Source: Pseudomonadota bacterium (lineage in GTDB: Bacteria > Pseudomonadota > Alphaproteobacteria > Sphingomonadales > Sphingomonadaceae). From it: a stretch of DNA of 64,000 nt. The stretch covers positions 124,911 through 188,910 of the forward strand of contig JAEZZI010000030.1 of NCBI GenBank assembly GCA_023418595.1, given 5' to 3'. Below, piece by piece: positions 49,360 to 59,212 of this stretch. Each line of letters starts with the position of its first letter. Position 1 is the first letter of the stretch. The notes under the pieces are model-generated. The model had not been told where the DNA came from. It did not search any database and saw only the letters and a program-made list of their open reading frames with translations. Both the position numbers and the translations under genes were made by a program.

Positions 49360-51513
49360 TTACTCGACGTTCGTCACCGTCATCCCAGTCCACCTGGCCG
49401 CAAAGGCCCACAGGTCGGCGGTTTCCTCGATCACCTTGTCGGTCGGCTTGCCCGACCCGTGCCCGGCGCGGGTTTCGATGCGGACGAGGTGCGGTTTCGC
49501 CCCGATATCCGCCGCCTGGATCGCGGCGGTATATTTGAAGGTGTGCCCCGGCACCACACGGTCGTCGGTATCCGCCGTCGTCGCCAGAATCGCCGGATAG
49601 GCCTTGCCGCTCGCGATGTTGTGATAGGGCGAATAGGCATAGAGCGTCTTGAAATCGGCTTCTTTCGACGGATAGCCGTAATCGTCGACCCAATAGCGGC
49701 CGGCGGTGAACTTGTCGAAACGCGTCATGTCCATCACACCGACCGCGGGCAGCGCCGCCGCGAACAGGTCGGGACGCTGGTTCACCACCGCGCCGACCAG
49801 CAGCCCGCCGTTCGATCCGCCCTGGATCGCCAACTTGTCAGCCGTCGTCACGCCTTGCGCAATCAGGTCCTCCGCCGCGCCGATGAAATCGTCGAACACG
49901 TTCTGCTTGTTCTGTAGGCGCCCGCCATCGTGCCACGCCTTGCCATATTCGCCGCCACCGCGAATGTTCGCGACCGCGAGCACGCCGCCCTGTTCCATCC
50001 ACGCGACGCGCGACGAAGCGAAGCTCGGCAGCACCGAGATGTTGAACCCGCCATAGGCATAGAGCAACGTCGGCGCCGGGCCAATCGCCCCCTTCTTACG
50101 GACGATGAACATTGGCACCCGCGTCCCGTCCTTCGAATTGTAGAAACGCTGGGTCACGTCATATTGTGCGGGGTCGAAATCGACCTTGGGCTGCGCCCAC
50201 ACCTCCGCCTTTCCGCTGGCCACATCATAGCGATAGATGGTCGCGGGCGTGGCATAGCTGGTGAACATGTAAAAGGTCTCGTTCTGGTCCTGCGCGCCGC
50301 CGAAACCGCCTGCGGTGCCGATGCCGGGCAGGCTGACCGTGCCGTCGGGCTTGCCGTCGAGGGTGAAGCGTCGCACCTCGGTCTTGGCATCGACCAGATA
50401 GGACAGGATCAGCCGGTTGCCGACCACCGACGCGCCCGACAGCACGGCGGCGTCCTGCGCCACCAGATCGCTGATCCGCACCTGATTGCCCGACACGTCG
50501 ATCTTCACGACCTTTTCGCGCGGCGCGTCCTTGTTGGTGGCGAAGAAAAAGGTTTCGCCGACATTGCCGATCGCGGTCCAGTCATTCTCCAGACCCTTGA
50601 TGATCGTGCGCGGCTGGGGCTTGGCGGCGCTCAGGTCGACGAGCGTGATCTCATAGCGGTTGTCGGTACCTTCGGTGGTGGTGATGACCAGCCAGCGCCC
50701 GTCATCGGTCACCTGCGCCGAATGGCCCAGGGTCGGGCGATCGGGCGTCGCATAGATCAGCGTATCCGCCGATTGCGGCGTGCCGAGGCGGTGGAAATAG
50801 ACTTTCTGGTTTTCGTTCAACGCCTGGAATTCCTGCCCCGCGGCGGGCTGTTCGAAGCGCGAATAATAGAAACCCGACCCGTCCTTCGCCCAGGCGAGGT
50901 TGGAGAATTTGGCCCACTCGACGGTGTCGCTCGTTTCCTTGCCGGTCTCGACGTCCAGTACCTTGACCGTGCGCCAGTCCGATCCGCCGTCCTGGACGGT
51001 GTAGAGCAATTTGCTGCCATCTTCACTCGGCACCCATTCGCCAAGCGCCGTCGCGCCGTCGGCGGACCATTTGTTGGGATCGATCAGCACCCTGCCCTGC
51101 CCGTTCAGGCTGTCGCGGACGTAAAGCACCGCCTGGTTCTGCAAGCCCGAATTATGGCTGTAGAAATAACGATCGCCCTTGTGCGTCGGGATGCCGAAGC
51201 GTTCGTAATCGAACAACGCGGTCAACCGCTGCTTGAACACGTCGCGGCCCGGCAGCGTCGCCAGATAGGCGTCGGTCACCTTGTTCTGCGCGGCGACCCA
51301 GGCGGCGACTTCCTTGTCCTCGCGCACGTCGTTTTCCAGCCAGCGATAAGGGTCGGCGACCTTTATCCCGAAATGTTCGTCAACCACGTTCACGCGGCGC
51401 GTCTCGGGATAGTTCAGGGGCGCGGTCATGCCGGTGGTCGTCTCCGATACGGGTTGGGAAAAGGCGGGGGCTGCGAACAGCAGCGGAAGGGCGAGCAGCG
51501 ACGCGCGACGCAT
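49360..51513 (-). CDS. prolyl oligopeptidase (S9A), secreted
   Basis: 717 aa. Has a signal peptide (MRRASLLALPLLFAAPAFSQ), a beta-propeller N-terminal half, the catalytic Ser in IQGGSNGGLL and a C-terminal RAGHG. Confidence 0.9.
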   Translation of the reverse strand: MRRASLLALPLLFAAPAFSQPVSETTTGMTAPLNYPETRRVNVVDEHFGIKVADPYRWLENDVREDKEVAAWVAAQNKVTDAYLATLPGRDVFKQRLTALFDYERFGIPTHKGDRYFYSHNSGLQNQAVLYVRDSLNGQGRVLIDPNKWSADGATALGEWVPSEDGSKLLYTVQDGGSDWRTVKVLDVETGKETSDTVEWAKFSNLAWAKDGSGFYYSRFEQPAAGQEFQALNENQKVYFHRLGTPQSADTLIYATPDRPTLGHSAQVTDDGRWLVITTTEGTDNRYEITLVDLSAAKPQPRTIIKGLENDWTAIGNVGETFFFATNKDAPREKVVKIDVSGNQVRISDLVAQDAAVLSGASVVGNRLILSYLVDAKTEVRRFTLDGKPDGTVSLPGIGTAGGFGGAQDQNETFYMFTSYATPATIYRYDVASGKAEVWAQPKVDFDPAQYDVTQRFYNSKDGTRVPMFIVRKKGAIGPAPTLLYAYGGFNISVLPSFASSRVAWMEQGGVLAVANIRGGGEYGKAWHDGGRLQNKQNVFDDFIGAAEDLIAQGVTTADKLAIQGGSNGGLLVGAVVNQRPDLFAAALPAVGVMDMTRFDKFTAGRYWVDDYGYPSKEADFKTLYAYSPYHNIASGKAYPAILATTADTDDRVVPGHTFKYTAAIQAADIGAKPHLVRIETRAGHGSGKPTDKVIEETADLWAFAARWTGMTVTNVE

Positions 51514-51523
51514 GAAACAAGAT

Positions 51524-51568
51524 CTCCGAAACGAGAAAGAGGCCGCACCCTAGAAAGGGGCGACCTCT
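51524..51568 (-). terminator. candidate rho-independent terminator after rplQ
   Basis: The minus strand reads AGAGGTCGCCCC-TTTCTA-GGGTGCGGCCTCT, an imperfect stem of about 12 bp. It is followed by TTCTCGTTTCGG. Confidence 0.45.
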
Positions 51569-51596
51569 TGCTCAAGTATCGAATGATACGGACGAA

Positions 51597-52019
51597 TTAC
51601 GCCGCTTCGTCGAAATCCTCGTCGCCCATTACCGGGCCGGAGTCCTGGCCCTTGGCCGACACGTCGCGATCGACGAATTCGATGATCGCCATCGGCGATG
51701 CGTCCGACATGCGCGGCCCCATCTTGATGACGCGGGTATAGCCGCCGTTGCGGTCCTTGTAACGCTCGGCCAGCACGTCGAACAGCTTGCTGAGCTGGGC
51801 ATCGTCGAGCAGACGGGCATGCGCGAGACGACGGTTCGAAAGCCCGCCCTTCTTCGCCAGCGTCACCAGCTTTTCGATGTAGGGGCGCAGTTCCTTCGCC
51901 TTGGCCACGGTGGTGGTGATCTGTTCGTGCTTGATGAGCGCTGCCGACATATTGCGGAACAGGGCGATGCGGTGGGCCGAGGTCCGCTGAAGCTTACGGC
52001 CGCCTACGCGATGACGCAT
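51597..52019 (-). CDS. rplQ: 50S ribosomal protein L17
   Basis: Inner start [17 protein letters not shown] of tracked ORF 51597..52055. Confidence 0.96.
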   Translation of the reverse strand: MRHRVGGRKLQRTSAHRIALFRNMSAALIKHEQITTTVAKAKELRPYIEKLVTLAKKGGLSNRRLAHARLLDDAQLSKLFDVLAERYKDRNGGYTRVIKMGPRMSDASPMAIIEFVDRDVSAKGQDSGPVMGDEDFDEAA

Positions 52020-52098
52020 GGTATTTCCTTTTCGTTCGTCAGGGGGCCGTCTCACGGAACCCCAAGCCAGGTGGGACGGTAAGCCACCCTGTTAAAAA

Positions 52099-52190
52099 CC
52101 GTCATTCCCGCGCAGGCGGGAATCCATATTCTCTGGAGCAGGCCCGGCGCGGCAAAGCCGCGTCGTCGGACGGAGCCTTGCGGCTCCGCC
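52099..52190. repeat. multi-hairpin intergenic element, family D-like copy 5
   Basis: CCGTCATTCCCGCGCAGGCGGGAATCC carries stem ATTCCCGC/GCGGGAAT. Two more GC hairpins follow (GCGCGGC..GCCGCG, GGAGCC..GGCTCC). It lies between rpoA and rplQ. Confidence 0.75.
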
Positions 52191-52194
52191 GAAC

Positions 52195-53262
52195 TCAGCC
52201 CAAAATCTCCTGCTCGAGCTTCTTTGCCATTTCCTCGATATTCTCCGGCGGCCAACCGGGGATTTCCATCCCCAGACGCAGGCCCATCGACGACAGCACT
52301 TCCTTGATTTCATTGAGCGACTTGCGCCCGAAATTGGGGGTGCGCAACATCTCGGCTTCGGTCTTCTGGACCAGATCGCCGATATAAATGATGTTGTCGT
52401 TCTTCAGGCAGTTGGCCGAACGCACCGACAGTTCCAGCTCGTCGACCTTCTTCAGAAGGTAACGATTGATCTGCGCGGTATCGCCTGCGGTCTCGCCACC
52501 GGCTGCCGCCGCAGGCGCGCCACCGACCGGAGCCGAACGCGTGACCGCCGAATCGTCGAAGTGGACGAACAGCGCCAGCTGGTCCTGAAGGATGCGCGCC
52601 GCATACGCGATCGCATCCTCGGGGGCCACGGTGCCGTCGGTTTCGACCGAGAGCGTGAGCTTGTCATAGTCGAGGTCCTGACCGACGCGGGTCGGATCGA
52701 CCTTGTAGCTGACCTGACGGACCGGCGAGTACAGCGCATCGACCGGGATCAGGCCGATCGGTGCGTCCGCCGGACGGTTCTGAACTGCTGGTACATAACC
52801 CTTGCCGGTGTCGGCGGTCAGTTCCATGTTCAGCGTCGCACCATCGTCGAGGTGACAGATGACCAGGTCGGGGTTCATCACCTCGATATCGCCCGACACC
52901 GCGATGTCGCCCGCCTTGACTTCAGCCGGGCCGGTTGCCGACAGCTGGAGCCGCTTGGGGCCTTCGCCCTGCATCTTCAGTGCGATCTGCTTCACGTTCA
53001 GGACGATGTCGGTGACGTCCTCACGCACACCGGCCAGCGACGAGAATTCGTGCAGCACGTTTTCGATCTTGATCGACGTGACGGCCGCGCCCTGAAGCGA
53101 CGACAACAGCACGCGACGCAGCGCATTGCCGAGCGTCAGGCCGAAACCACGCTCCAGCGGTTCGGCGACGAAGGTCGACTTGCGCTTGGGATCCCCGCCA
53201 GCCTTCTTTTCGAGACCGTTGGGCTTCTTGAGTTCCTGCCAGTTCTTAGCATTGACAGACAC
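52195..53262 (-). CDS. rpoA: DNA-directed RNA polymerase subunit alpha
   Basis: 355 aa. N-terminal domain has [23 protein letters not shown]-terminal domain has [19 protein letters not shown]. Confidence 0.97.
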   Translation of the reverse strand: MSVNAKNWQELKKPNGLEKKAGGDPKRKSTFVAEPLERGFGLTLGNALRRVLLSSLQGAAVTSIKIENVLHEFSSLAGVREDVTDIVLNVKQIALKMQGEGPKRLQLSATGPAEVKAGDIAVSGDIEVMNPDLVICHLDDGATLNMELTADTGKGYVPAVQNRPADAPIGLIPVDALYSPVRQVSYKVDPTRVGQDLDYDKLTLSVETDGTVAPEDAIAYAARILQDQLALFVHFDDSAVTRSAPVGGAPAAAAGGETAGDTAQINRYLLKKVDELELSVRSANCLKNDNIIYIGDLVQKTEAEMLRTPNFGRKSLNEIKEVLSSMGLRLGMEIPGWPPENIEEMAKKLEQEILG

Positions 53263-53375
53263 GGGCTTCCCCTAGGTTGGGCAGGATTTAGGGGCCATCC
53301 TGCCGGAAACAGCCAAACCGGCCCGCGCAATACCCCGTCCATTGGGCATGCGCGCGCCGGCTTCGAAGACGAAAA

Positions 53376-53765
53376 TCAGACGCGGCGACGCTTGGACGGG
53401 CGAACGCCATTGTGCGGGATCGAGGTGACGTCGCGGATTGACGTGATCTGGAAACCGACAGCCTGGAGCGCGCGAAGCGCCGATTCGCGGCCCGAACCCG
53501 GCCCCTTCACTTCGACTTCCAGCGTGCGGACGCCGTGCTCGGCGGCCTTCTTGCCGGCGTCTTCGGCAGCGACCTGGGCGGCATAGGGGGTCGACTTGCG
53601 CGAACCCTTGAAGCCCATCATGCCGGCCGACGACCACGAAATGGCGTTGCCCTGCGCGTCGGTGATGGTGATCATCGTGTTGTTGAAGCTGGCGTTCACA
53701 TGCGCGACGCCAGAGGTGATGTTCTTGCGTTCGCGACGGCGAAGACGCTGCGGTGCTTGTGCCAT
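53376..53765 (-). CDS. rpsK: 30S ribosomal protein S11
   Basis: 129 aa. Contains [18 protein letters not shown] and [14 protein letters not shown]. Confidence 0.97.
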   Translation of the reverse strand: MAQAPQRLRRRERKNITSGVAHVNASFNNTMITITDAQGNAISWSSAGMMGFKGSRKSTPYAAQVAAEDAGKKAAEHGVRTLEVEVKGPGSGRESALRALQAVGFQITSIRDVTSIPHNGVRPSKRRRV

Positions 53766-53861
53766 TGGATTCTATCCTGACCTGAAATCTCGTTTGACGG
53801 AGAGCGGCGGGCAGTCAGCCTCAAGCCTGTCTCCGACGGAGTAATTAGCGCCCCGCGCTAA

Positions 53862-54230
53862 TTACTTCTTCTTGCCTGCGATCGGCTTCGCCTTGCCCTT
53901 GCGGGTGCGCGCATTGGTGTGCGTGCGCTGGCCGCGAACCGGCAGGCCCTTGCGATGACGCAGGCCGCGATAGCTGGCGAGGTCCATCAGACGCTTGATG
54001 TTCATCGCGGTCTGGCGACGCAGATCGCCTTCCACGGTGTGGTCCGAATCGATGGTTTCGCGGATCTGGAGGACTTCCTGATCGGTAAGGTCCTGAACGC
54101 GGGCGGTGTCCGCGATCCCCAGCTTCGTGATGATTTCCTTGGCTTTGGTCTGGCCGATGCCGTGGATATACTGAAGCGCGATCAATACGCGCTTGTTGGT
54201 CGGGATGTTAACACCCGCAATACGTGCCAT
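53862..54230 (-). CDS. rpsM: 30S ribosomal protein S13
   Basis: 122 aa, [31 protein letters not shown] lies 9 nt upstream of the ATG. Confidence 0.97.
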   Translation of the reverse strand: MARIAGVNIPTNKRVLIALQYIHGIGQTKAKEIITKLGIADTARVQDLTDQEVLQIRETIDSDHTVEGDLRRQTAMNIKRLMDLASYRGLRHRKGLPVRGQRTHTNARTRKGKAKPIAGKKK

Positions 54231-54363
54231 GAGCTATTTGTCTCCCAGCTCCACGGGGCGGCATGGCAGCACACCCCATCTCGTCGCGTTGAACATCCGA
54301 AACGCACGACACCGGCGCGCGCGAAAACAGCGCCGCCGGCCAACCGGGTTTCGGAATAGCGGG

Positions 54364-54392
54364 CTGATAGGCCCACGACGGGAGCGAGTCAA
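54364..54392 (-). promoter_or_regulatory. candidate sigma70-type promoter for rpsM-rpsK-rpoA-rplQ
   Basis: The minus strand reads TTGACT (54392-54387), then 17 nt, then TATCAG (54369-54364). It sits just downstream of the stop of the inserted crystallin-like gene. This is pattern matching only. Confidence 0.35.
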
Positions 54393-54405
54393 GCGGTGCG
54401 CGGGT

Positions 54406-55029
54406 TCAATAGCCCGATCGCACGCACAGCGTATCCGCAAGATAGACACGCCGGCCCACCGTCTCAAGCGCCTGTCGCGCCGAACCGTTCCAACCGGCTT
54501 GGCGGCAGAACTCATCGGCCCTCTGCTTCGCGCAGGCCGCGGTCGCCGATCCACGCTGACACCCGAGCACCCGCCCCTCACCGCGGATCGACGGCGCCGG
54601 ATAGAATTCGGACGCCATCCCGCGCAGCGACCGGAAATCGCCCGGTGCCTGGCCACCACCGCCGGCGCTTCCCCCCAGCGGCCGCATCGATTGAAGCCGC
54701 CTCAGCAACCCCAGACGCAGGCCCAGGTCAGGCGTGTCGCGATCGACGGTGATGCAATTGCCACGGTAATTGGTCTCCGGACATAATTGCCAGGTGCCGC
54801 TTCGCACGCGGATCGACCGCACCCCCCAGGCCAGGCGCAGATCGGGCTGGTCGCGCTCCACCGCGACCGCCGGGCCGCGATAAGTGCTGTCGCGATAGAT
54901 GGTTGCCTCGGCTCGCTGCCCCCCCGGTGGCCAGCGGCGCTCGTCCTGATCCTGCGCAACCGCTACACCCGCCGCCAGCACCGCGACGCCCGTCGCAACC
55001 AACGCCCACCGTGCAGAAGCCGAAACCAT
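54406..55029 (-). CDS. secreted beta/gamma-crystallin-like protein with Cys-containing C-terminal domain
   Basis: Inner start MVSASARWALVATGVAVLAAGVAVAQD (signal peptide) of tracked ORF 54406..55083. There are two Greek-key signatures, IYRDSTYRGPAV..SIRV and LCPETNYRGNCI..SMRP (Y/W-x4-Y-x-G ... S). The C-terminal ~65 aa carries 4 Cys. Confidence 0.7.
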   Translation of the reverse strand: MVSASARWALVATGVAVLAAGVAVAQDQDERRWPPGGQRAEATIYRDSTYRGPAVAVERDQPDLRLAWGVRSIRVRSGTWQLCPETNYRGNCITVDRDTPDLGLRLGLLRRLQSMRPLGGSAGGGGQAPGDFRSLRGMASEFYPAPSIRGEGRVLGCQRGSATAACAKQRADEFCRQAGWNGSARQALETVGRRVYLADTLCVRSGY

Positions 55030-55116
55030 CGACGCCTCCCTTGCCAGCACGAGACCGGCTGGTCCCCCGCCTATGTCGCGCAAAGGGTCTGCCTATCCGG
55101 CGAGTCGGTCAAGCGA

Positions 55117-55635
55117 TCAATCGTCCGCCTCTGCGGCACGCTTCAACCCCGCCGCCTGTTCGCCGATGACACCATCGACCAGCGGCGAGAGCTTGGCCGT
55201 ATCCATGCCGGTGTAGCCGCTGACGACATAGCGCACGACCAGCGCGGTGTCTTGCCCTTCGCCCGTCATCTCGAAACTCAGCGTGCCCGTCACCGCCCCC
55301 TGTTGCAGCGGCCCCAGCGCGCCCGACAGCCGGAGCAGCTTGTTCGGCGCGACATGGATCACGCGCGCATGTTCCGCCCCGCCGCCATCGGGCAGTGCCT
55401 CGCAGAAACACCCGCCTGGCCGCATCGCCATCGACAGGTTGGCGGCATCCCCCGACCAGCTATGCGCTTTCGACCACCAGCGCGAAGGTTCCGACAACAC
55501 GCGCCATACCGCATCGGGCGCGGCGGCCACGGTCAGCTTGTGTTCGACGACGAAGGTCGATCCCTTGACCTTCACGACCTCGGCGGACGCCGGTGCGGTT
55601 GCGAGCAATGCCGGGATTACGAGTGCCAGGCGCAT
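55117..55635 (-). CDS. secreted SRPBCC (START/AHSA1-like) superfamily protein
   Basis: Inner start MRLALVIPALLATAPASAEVV (signal peptide) of tracked ORF 55117..55740; the upstream part of that ORF translates a repeat. Contains PDAVWRVLSEPSRWWS... and PNKLLRLSGALGPL strings typical of the fold. Confidence 0.7.
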   Translation of the reverse strand: MRLALVIPALLATAPASAEVVKVKGSTFVVEHKLTVAAAPDAVWRVLSEPSRWWSKAHSWSGDAANLSMAMRPGGCFCEALPDGGGAEHARVIHVAPNKLLRLSGALGPLQQGAVTGTLSFEMTGEGQDTALVVRYVVSGYTGMDTAKLSPLVDGVIGEQAAGLKRAAEADD

Positions 55636-55692
55636 GTTCTCCACCCTTTTTCCGATATGCGACAAGCCTATCACAATCGCGCCACCCGACAC

Positions 55693-55769
55693 CCGTTCGT
55701 TTCGAGCAAAGTCGAGAAACGTATCGCACCGGTTGGACAACGTTTCTCAGCTTTGCTCGAAACGAACGG
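55693..55769. repeat. palindromic intergenic element, family C copy 2
   Basis: Arms are CCGTTCGTTTCGAGCAAAGTCGAGAAACG ... CGTTTCTCAGCTTTGCTCGAAACGAACGG. Confidence 0.88.
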
Positions 55770-55778
55770 GTAGTTGAC

Positions 55779-55865
55779 CCCTGTGCGCTCCCGCGAAGGC
55801 GGGAGCCCAGAGCAAAAGGGTACTAGCATCCGCGACCCTGGGCTCCCGCCTTCGCGGGAGCACGG
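55779..55865. repeat. palindromic intergenic element, family D-like copy 6 (abuts the family C copy)
   Basis: Arms are GTGCGCTCCCGCGAAGGCGGGAGCCCAG ... CTGGGCTCCCGCCTTCGCGGGAGCAC. They are reverse complements apart from a small indel, and each arm is itself a hairpin. Confidence 0.85.
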
Positions 55866-55902
55866 TCATTTTATCAAAATGTCGGCGCTTTGCGGACAGC
55901 CC

Positions 55903-56565
55903 TCAAACCGGGCGCGGTTCGCGTTCCAGGATCGCTTCGATCGCGCCCGACACATGGTCGATGTCCGCCATGCCGTCGACATGCTGGACGATTCCGCGCG
56001 CTTCGTAGATCGGCAGGATCGGCGCGGTTTTGGCGCGATATTCGGCCATGCGGGTGCGGACGGTCTCGGCATTGTCGTCGGGACGGCGCTTGAACTCGTG
56101 CGAGCCGCATTTGTCGCACATGCCATCGACCTTGGGCAGTTTGTAACGATCGTGATAGCCCGCGCCGCAATTCGCGCAGGTGAAGCGCCCGGTCACACGG
56201 TCGACCAGCGCTTCCTCATCGACCACCAGTTCGATGACGTGATGCAGGCTGCGCCCCCGATCCGCGAGCAGCCCGTCGAGCGATACCGCCTGCGCTTCGG
56301 TGCGCGGATAGCCGTCGAAGATCACGCCGGTCTCCGGCGCCAGCGCGTCGAGCGCTTCGCCGATGATCCCCGACACGATCTCGTCGGACACGAGTTGCCC
56401 CGCCTCCATCACCGCCTTGGCCTTCTGGCCCGTCGGCGTTCCTGCCTTGACCGCGGCGCGCAGCATGTCGCCAGTGGACAGCTGGACCATGCCGCGTTCG
56501 CTGACCAGACGGCTGGCCTGGGTGCCCTTGCCCGCACCCGGCGGTCCCAGCAGGATGATGTTCAA
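55903..56565 (-). CDS. adk: adenylate kinase (long form with Cys4 lid)
   Basis: 220 aa. Has P-loop LLGPPGAGKGTQA and the lid CANCG...CDKCG. Confidence 0.96.
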   Translation of the reverse strand: MNIILLGPPGAGKGTQASRLVSERGMVQLSTGDMLRAAVKAGTPTGQKAKAVMEAGQLVSDEIVSGIIGEALDALAPETGVIFDGYPRTEAQAVSLDGLLADRGRSLHHVIELVVDEEALVDRVTGRFTCANCGAGYHDRYKLPKVDGMCDKCGSHEFKRRPDDNAETVRTRMAEYRAKTAPILPIYEARGIVQHVDGMADIDHVSGAIEAILEREPRPV

Positions 56566-56611
56566 CGCGCTTGCCCCTCTTCGCCCTGGCCCGATCCGCC
56601 GGTCGCCCGCA

Positions 56612-57982
56612 TCAGCGGACGCGGTTGCCGCCCTTCAGCTTCGCCTTCTTGATCAGGTCGCCATACTGGTGCGCCAGCAGGTGCGACTGGATCTGCGTCA
56701 CCGTGTCCATCGTTACGTTGACGACGATCAGAAGGCTAGTGCCGCCGAGATAGAAGGGGATCGCCATCGCCGACACCAGATATTCGGGCACGAGACAAAT
56801 GAAGGTCAGATAGGCCGCACCGACCACCGTGATCCGCGTCAGCACGTAATCGAGATAATTCTCGGTATTCTTGCCAGGACGGATGCCGGGGATGAACCCG
56901 CCATGCTTTTTCAGGTTTTCCGCGGTTTCCTCCGGGTTGAACACAACCGCGGTGTAGAAGAAGCAGAAGAAGATAATGCCTGCGCCGTACAGCGCCATGT
57001 AGAGCGGCTGGCCGTGCGCCAGATACTGGTTCATCCCGATCAGGAAGCTGCCCCAGGTCGAATCCGCCTGGCTGGCGTCCTGCCCTGCGAACTGGCTGAT
57101 CGTCAGCGGCATCAACAGCAGCGACGATGCGAAGATCGGCGGGATCACGCCTGCGGTGTTGATCTTGAGCGGCAGATGGCTGCGCTCGGCCTGAACGCCG
57201 CGCTGGGTCTGGCGCTTGGGATACTGGATCAGGATGCGGCGCTGGGCGCGCTCCATGAAGCAGATGAACAGGATCAGGCCAACGACCGCAACGCCGATCA
57301 GCGCCAGGCTGATCGCGCTGATGCCGCCCGAACGACCGCTTTCGAACAATTGAACCAGAGTCGTCGGCAGATGGGCGACGATGCCCGCCATGATGATGAG
57401 GCTGATCCCGTTGCCGACGCCGCGGCTGGTGATCTGCTCACCCAGCCACATCAGGAACATGGTACCGCCGACCAGCGAAATGACGCAGCCGATGCGGAAC
57501 AGCATTCCCGGCTGGATCACCGCCTGCGCGCCTGCGGAAGCGCCGAACGCCTCCAGGCCGACGGCGATGAAATAACCCTGGATCGCGGTCAGACCGACCG
57601 TGCCGTAACGGGTATATTGGTTGAGCTTCTTGCGCCCCGCTTCGCCTTCCTTCTTGATGGCGGCAAGTTGGGGGGAAAGGCTGGTCGCGAGCTGCACCAC
57701 GATCGACGCGGTGATGTACGGCATCACGCCCAGCGCGATCACCGACATGCGCTCGAGCGCACCGCCCGAGAAGGTATTGAAGAAATCGAGGACACCGCCC
57801 TGGGTCTGCTGCGCGAGCAGGTTCAACTGGGTCGGGTCGATGCCGGGCAGCGGCACATAGCTGAGCAACCGAAAGATGACGAGCGCACCCAGCGTGAACC
57901 AAAGGCGCTTTTTCAGCTCGGTCGCCTTGCCGAATTTCGACAAGTTGAGGTTGGTTGCCATATTATCGGCTGCGGATGCCAT
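56612..57982 (-). CDS. secY: preprotein translocase subunit SecY
   Basis: 456 aa with 10 TM segments. Typical strings are RLWFTLGALVIFRL, ALGVMPYITASIVVQL and GGTSLLIVV. Confidence 0.97.
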   Translation of the reverse strand: MASAADNMATNLNLSKFGKATELKKRLWFTLGALVIFRLLSYVPLPGIDPTQLNLLAQQTQGGVLDFFNTFSGGALERMSVIALGVMPYITASIVVQLATSLSPQLAAIKKEGEAGRKKLNQYTRYGTVGLTAIQGYFIAVGLEAFGASAGAQAVIQPGMLFRIGCVISLVGGTMFLMWLGEQITSRGVGNGISLIIMAGIVAHLPTTLVQLFESGRSGGISAISLALIGVAVVGLILFICFMERAQRRILIQYPKRQTQRGVQAERSHLPLKINTAGVIPPIFASSLLLMPLTISQFAGQDASQADSTWGSFLIGMNQYLAHGQPLYMALYGAGIIFFCFFYTAVVFNPEETAENLKKHGGFIPGIRPGKNTENYLDYVLTRITVVGAAYLTFICLVPEYLVSAMAIPFYLGGTSLLIVVNVTMDTVTQIQSHLLAHQYGDLIKKAKLKGGNRVR

Positions 57983-58111
57983 GTGCGTAATCGTCCCGGA
58001 AACAAAAGCGGCGGAGATGCGTTACCCGCGCCCCCGCCGCCCATATAGGGGTCTTGCCAAGCTTGTCTAAGGGGCTTTTCGACAAAGCCCGCTTTCTCGG
58101 CCAAACCAAAT

Positions 58112-58214
58112 CCGTTCGTGTCGAGCGAAGTCGAGACACATTTTCGAGCGAAGCGAGAACTCAATGCCTCGACTACGCTCGGCAGCGGTTCTCGACTTCG
58201 CTCGAACAGATCGG
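58112..58214. repeat. palindromic intergenic element, family C copy 3 (internally duplicated)
   Basis: CCGTTCGTGTCGAGCGAAGTCGAGAC...TTCGAGCGAAGCGAGAAC...GGTTCTCGACTTCGCTCGAAC. The left arm motif occurs twice. It lies between rplO and secY. Confidence 0.85.
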
Positions 58215-58225
58215 GCTAAGGCTGA

Positions 58226-58783
58226 TCAGGCCTTCTTGGCGGCCTTCTGCTTGGCTTCCTTGTCGGCGATGCGCGCTTCGCGGGCCTTGCCGTTCTTGGC
58301 TGCCGCCTTTTCGGCTGCCGGCGTCACCTTGATGATCTCGACCGAACCGCCAGCCTTTTCGACCGCTTCGATCGCGCCCTTCGACGCGCCTGCGACGACG
58401 AACTTCAGCTTGGCCGAAATCTCGCCCTTGCCGAGCAGGCGGACGCCGTCCTTGCCGCCGCGTGCGACACCAGCGGCCTGCAGCGCCGCGTGGTCGATCG
58501 TCGCGCCCTTGTCGAGCGTGCCTGCATCGACCAGCTTCTGGATCGCGCCCAGGTTCACCTCGGCATAATCCTTGGCGAAGATGTTGTTGAAGCCGCGCTT
58601 CGGCAGCCGCATGTGGAGCGGCATCTGGCCGCCTTCGAAGCCGTTGATGGCGACGCCGCCACGGCTCTTCTGACCCTTTTGGCCGCGACCTGCGGTCTTG
58701 CCCAGGCCCGAGCCGATGCCGCGTCCGACGCGCACCCGGCCCTTGCGGGCGCCATCATTGTCACGGATTTCGTTGAGTTTCAT
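58226..58783 (-). CDS. rplO: 50S ribosomal protein L15
   Basis: Tracked ORF 58226..58792 starts at GTG. ATG 58783 gives the canonical [22 protein letters not shown]. Confidence 0.96.
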   Translation of the reverse strand: MKLNEIRDNDGARKGRVRVGRGIGSGLGKTAGRGQKGQKSRGGVAINGFEGGQMPLHMRLPKRGFNNIFAKDYAEVNLGAIQKLVDAGTLDKGATIDHAALQAAGVARGGKDGVRLLGKGEISAKLKFVVAGASKGAIEAVEKAGGSVEIIKVTPAAEKAAAKNGKAREARIADKEAKQKAAKKA

Positions 58784-58900
58784 GGTCTGCACTCGCTTTC
58801 GCTTTGTTCGCGCTGATAAAATGAGGAAGGGGGCCGCATAGCCCCCTCCCCCGTATCTGTCACCTGGTATCTGCCGCCTGGCAAACCGTCTTTTGTCAGA

Positions 58901-58983
58901 CCGTCACCCCAGCGAACGCTGGGGTATCGTGCCCGAAAGGGCGCGCTCGCGGCCTGATATCCCGGCTTTAGCCGGGATGACGG
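58901..58983. repeat. palindromic intergenic element, family D copy 4
   Basis: CCGTCACCCCAGCGAACGCTGGGGTATC ... ATCCCGGCTTTAGCCGGGATGACGG. It lies between rpmD and rplO. Confidence 0.88.
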
Positions 58984-58997
58984 GACGATCGAAGGAG

Positions 58998-59192
58998 TTA
59001 ACCCTCGACCGACACCATGTGTGCAACCTTACGGATCATGCCGCGCACCTCGGGGGTGTCCTTCAGCTCGACCGTCTTGTGCATCTTGTTGAGGCCCAGG
59101 CCGATCAGCGTCGCGCGCTGATCTTCGGTGCGGCGAATGGGCGAACCCGTCTGGGTCACCTTCACCGTGCCGGCTGCTTCTTTCTTAGCCAT
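58998..59192 (-). CDS. rpmD: 50S ribosomal protein L30
   Basis: 64 aa. Contains [12 protein letters not shown]...[10 protein letters not shown]. Confidence 0.95.
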   Translation of the reverse strand: MAKKEAAGTVKVTQTGSPIRRTEDQRATLIGLGLNKMHKTVELKDTPEVRGMIRKVAHMVSVEG

Positions 59193-59212
59193 TATCGCTT
59201 ACTCCGCGCCGG

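Noticed and set aside
49930-51741. 603-aa ORF on the plus strand
   Set aside because: It is antisense to the prolyl oligopeptidase gene and the rplQ 3' end. It is a shadow ORF.
56363-58048. 561-aa ORF on the plus strand
   Set aside because: It is antisense to secY and adk, with shadow-ORF composition.
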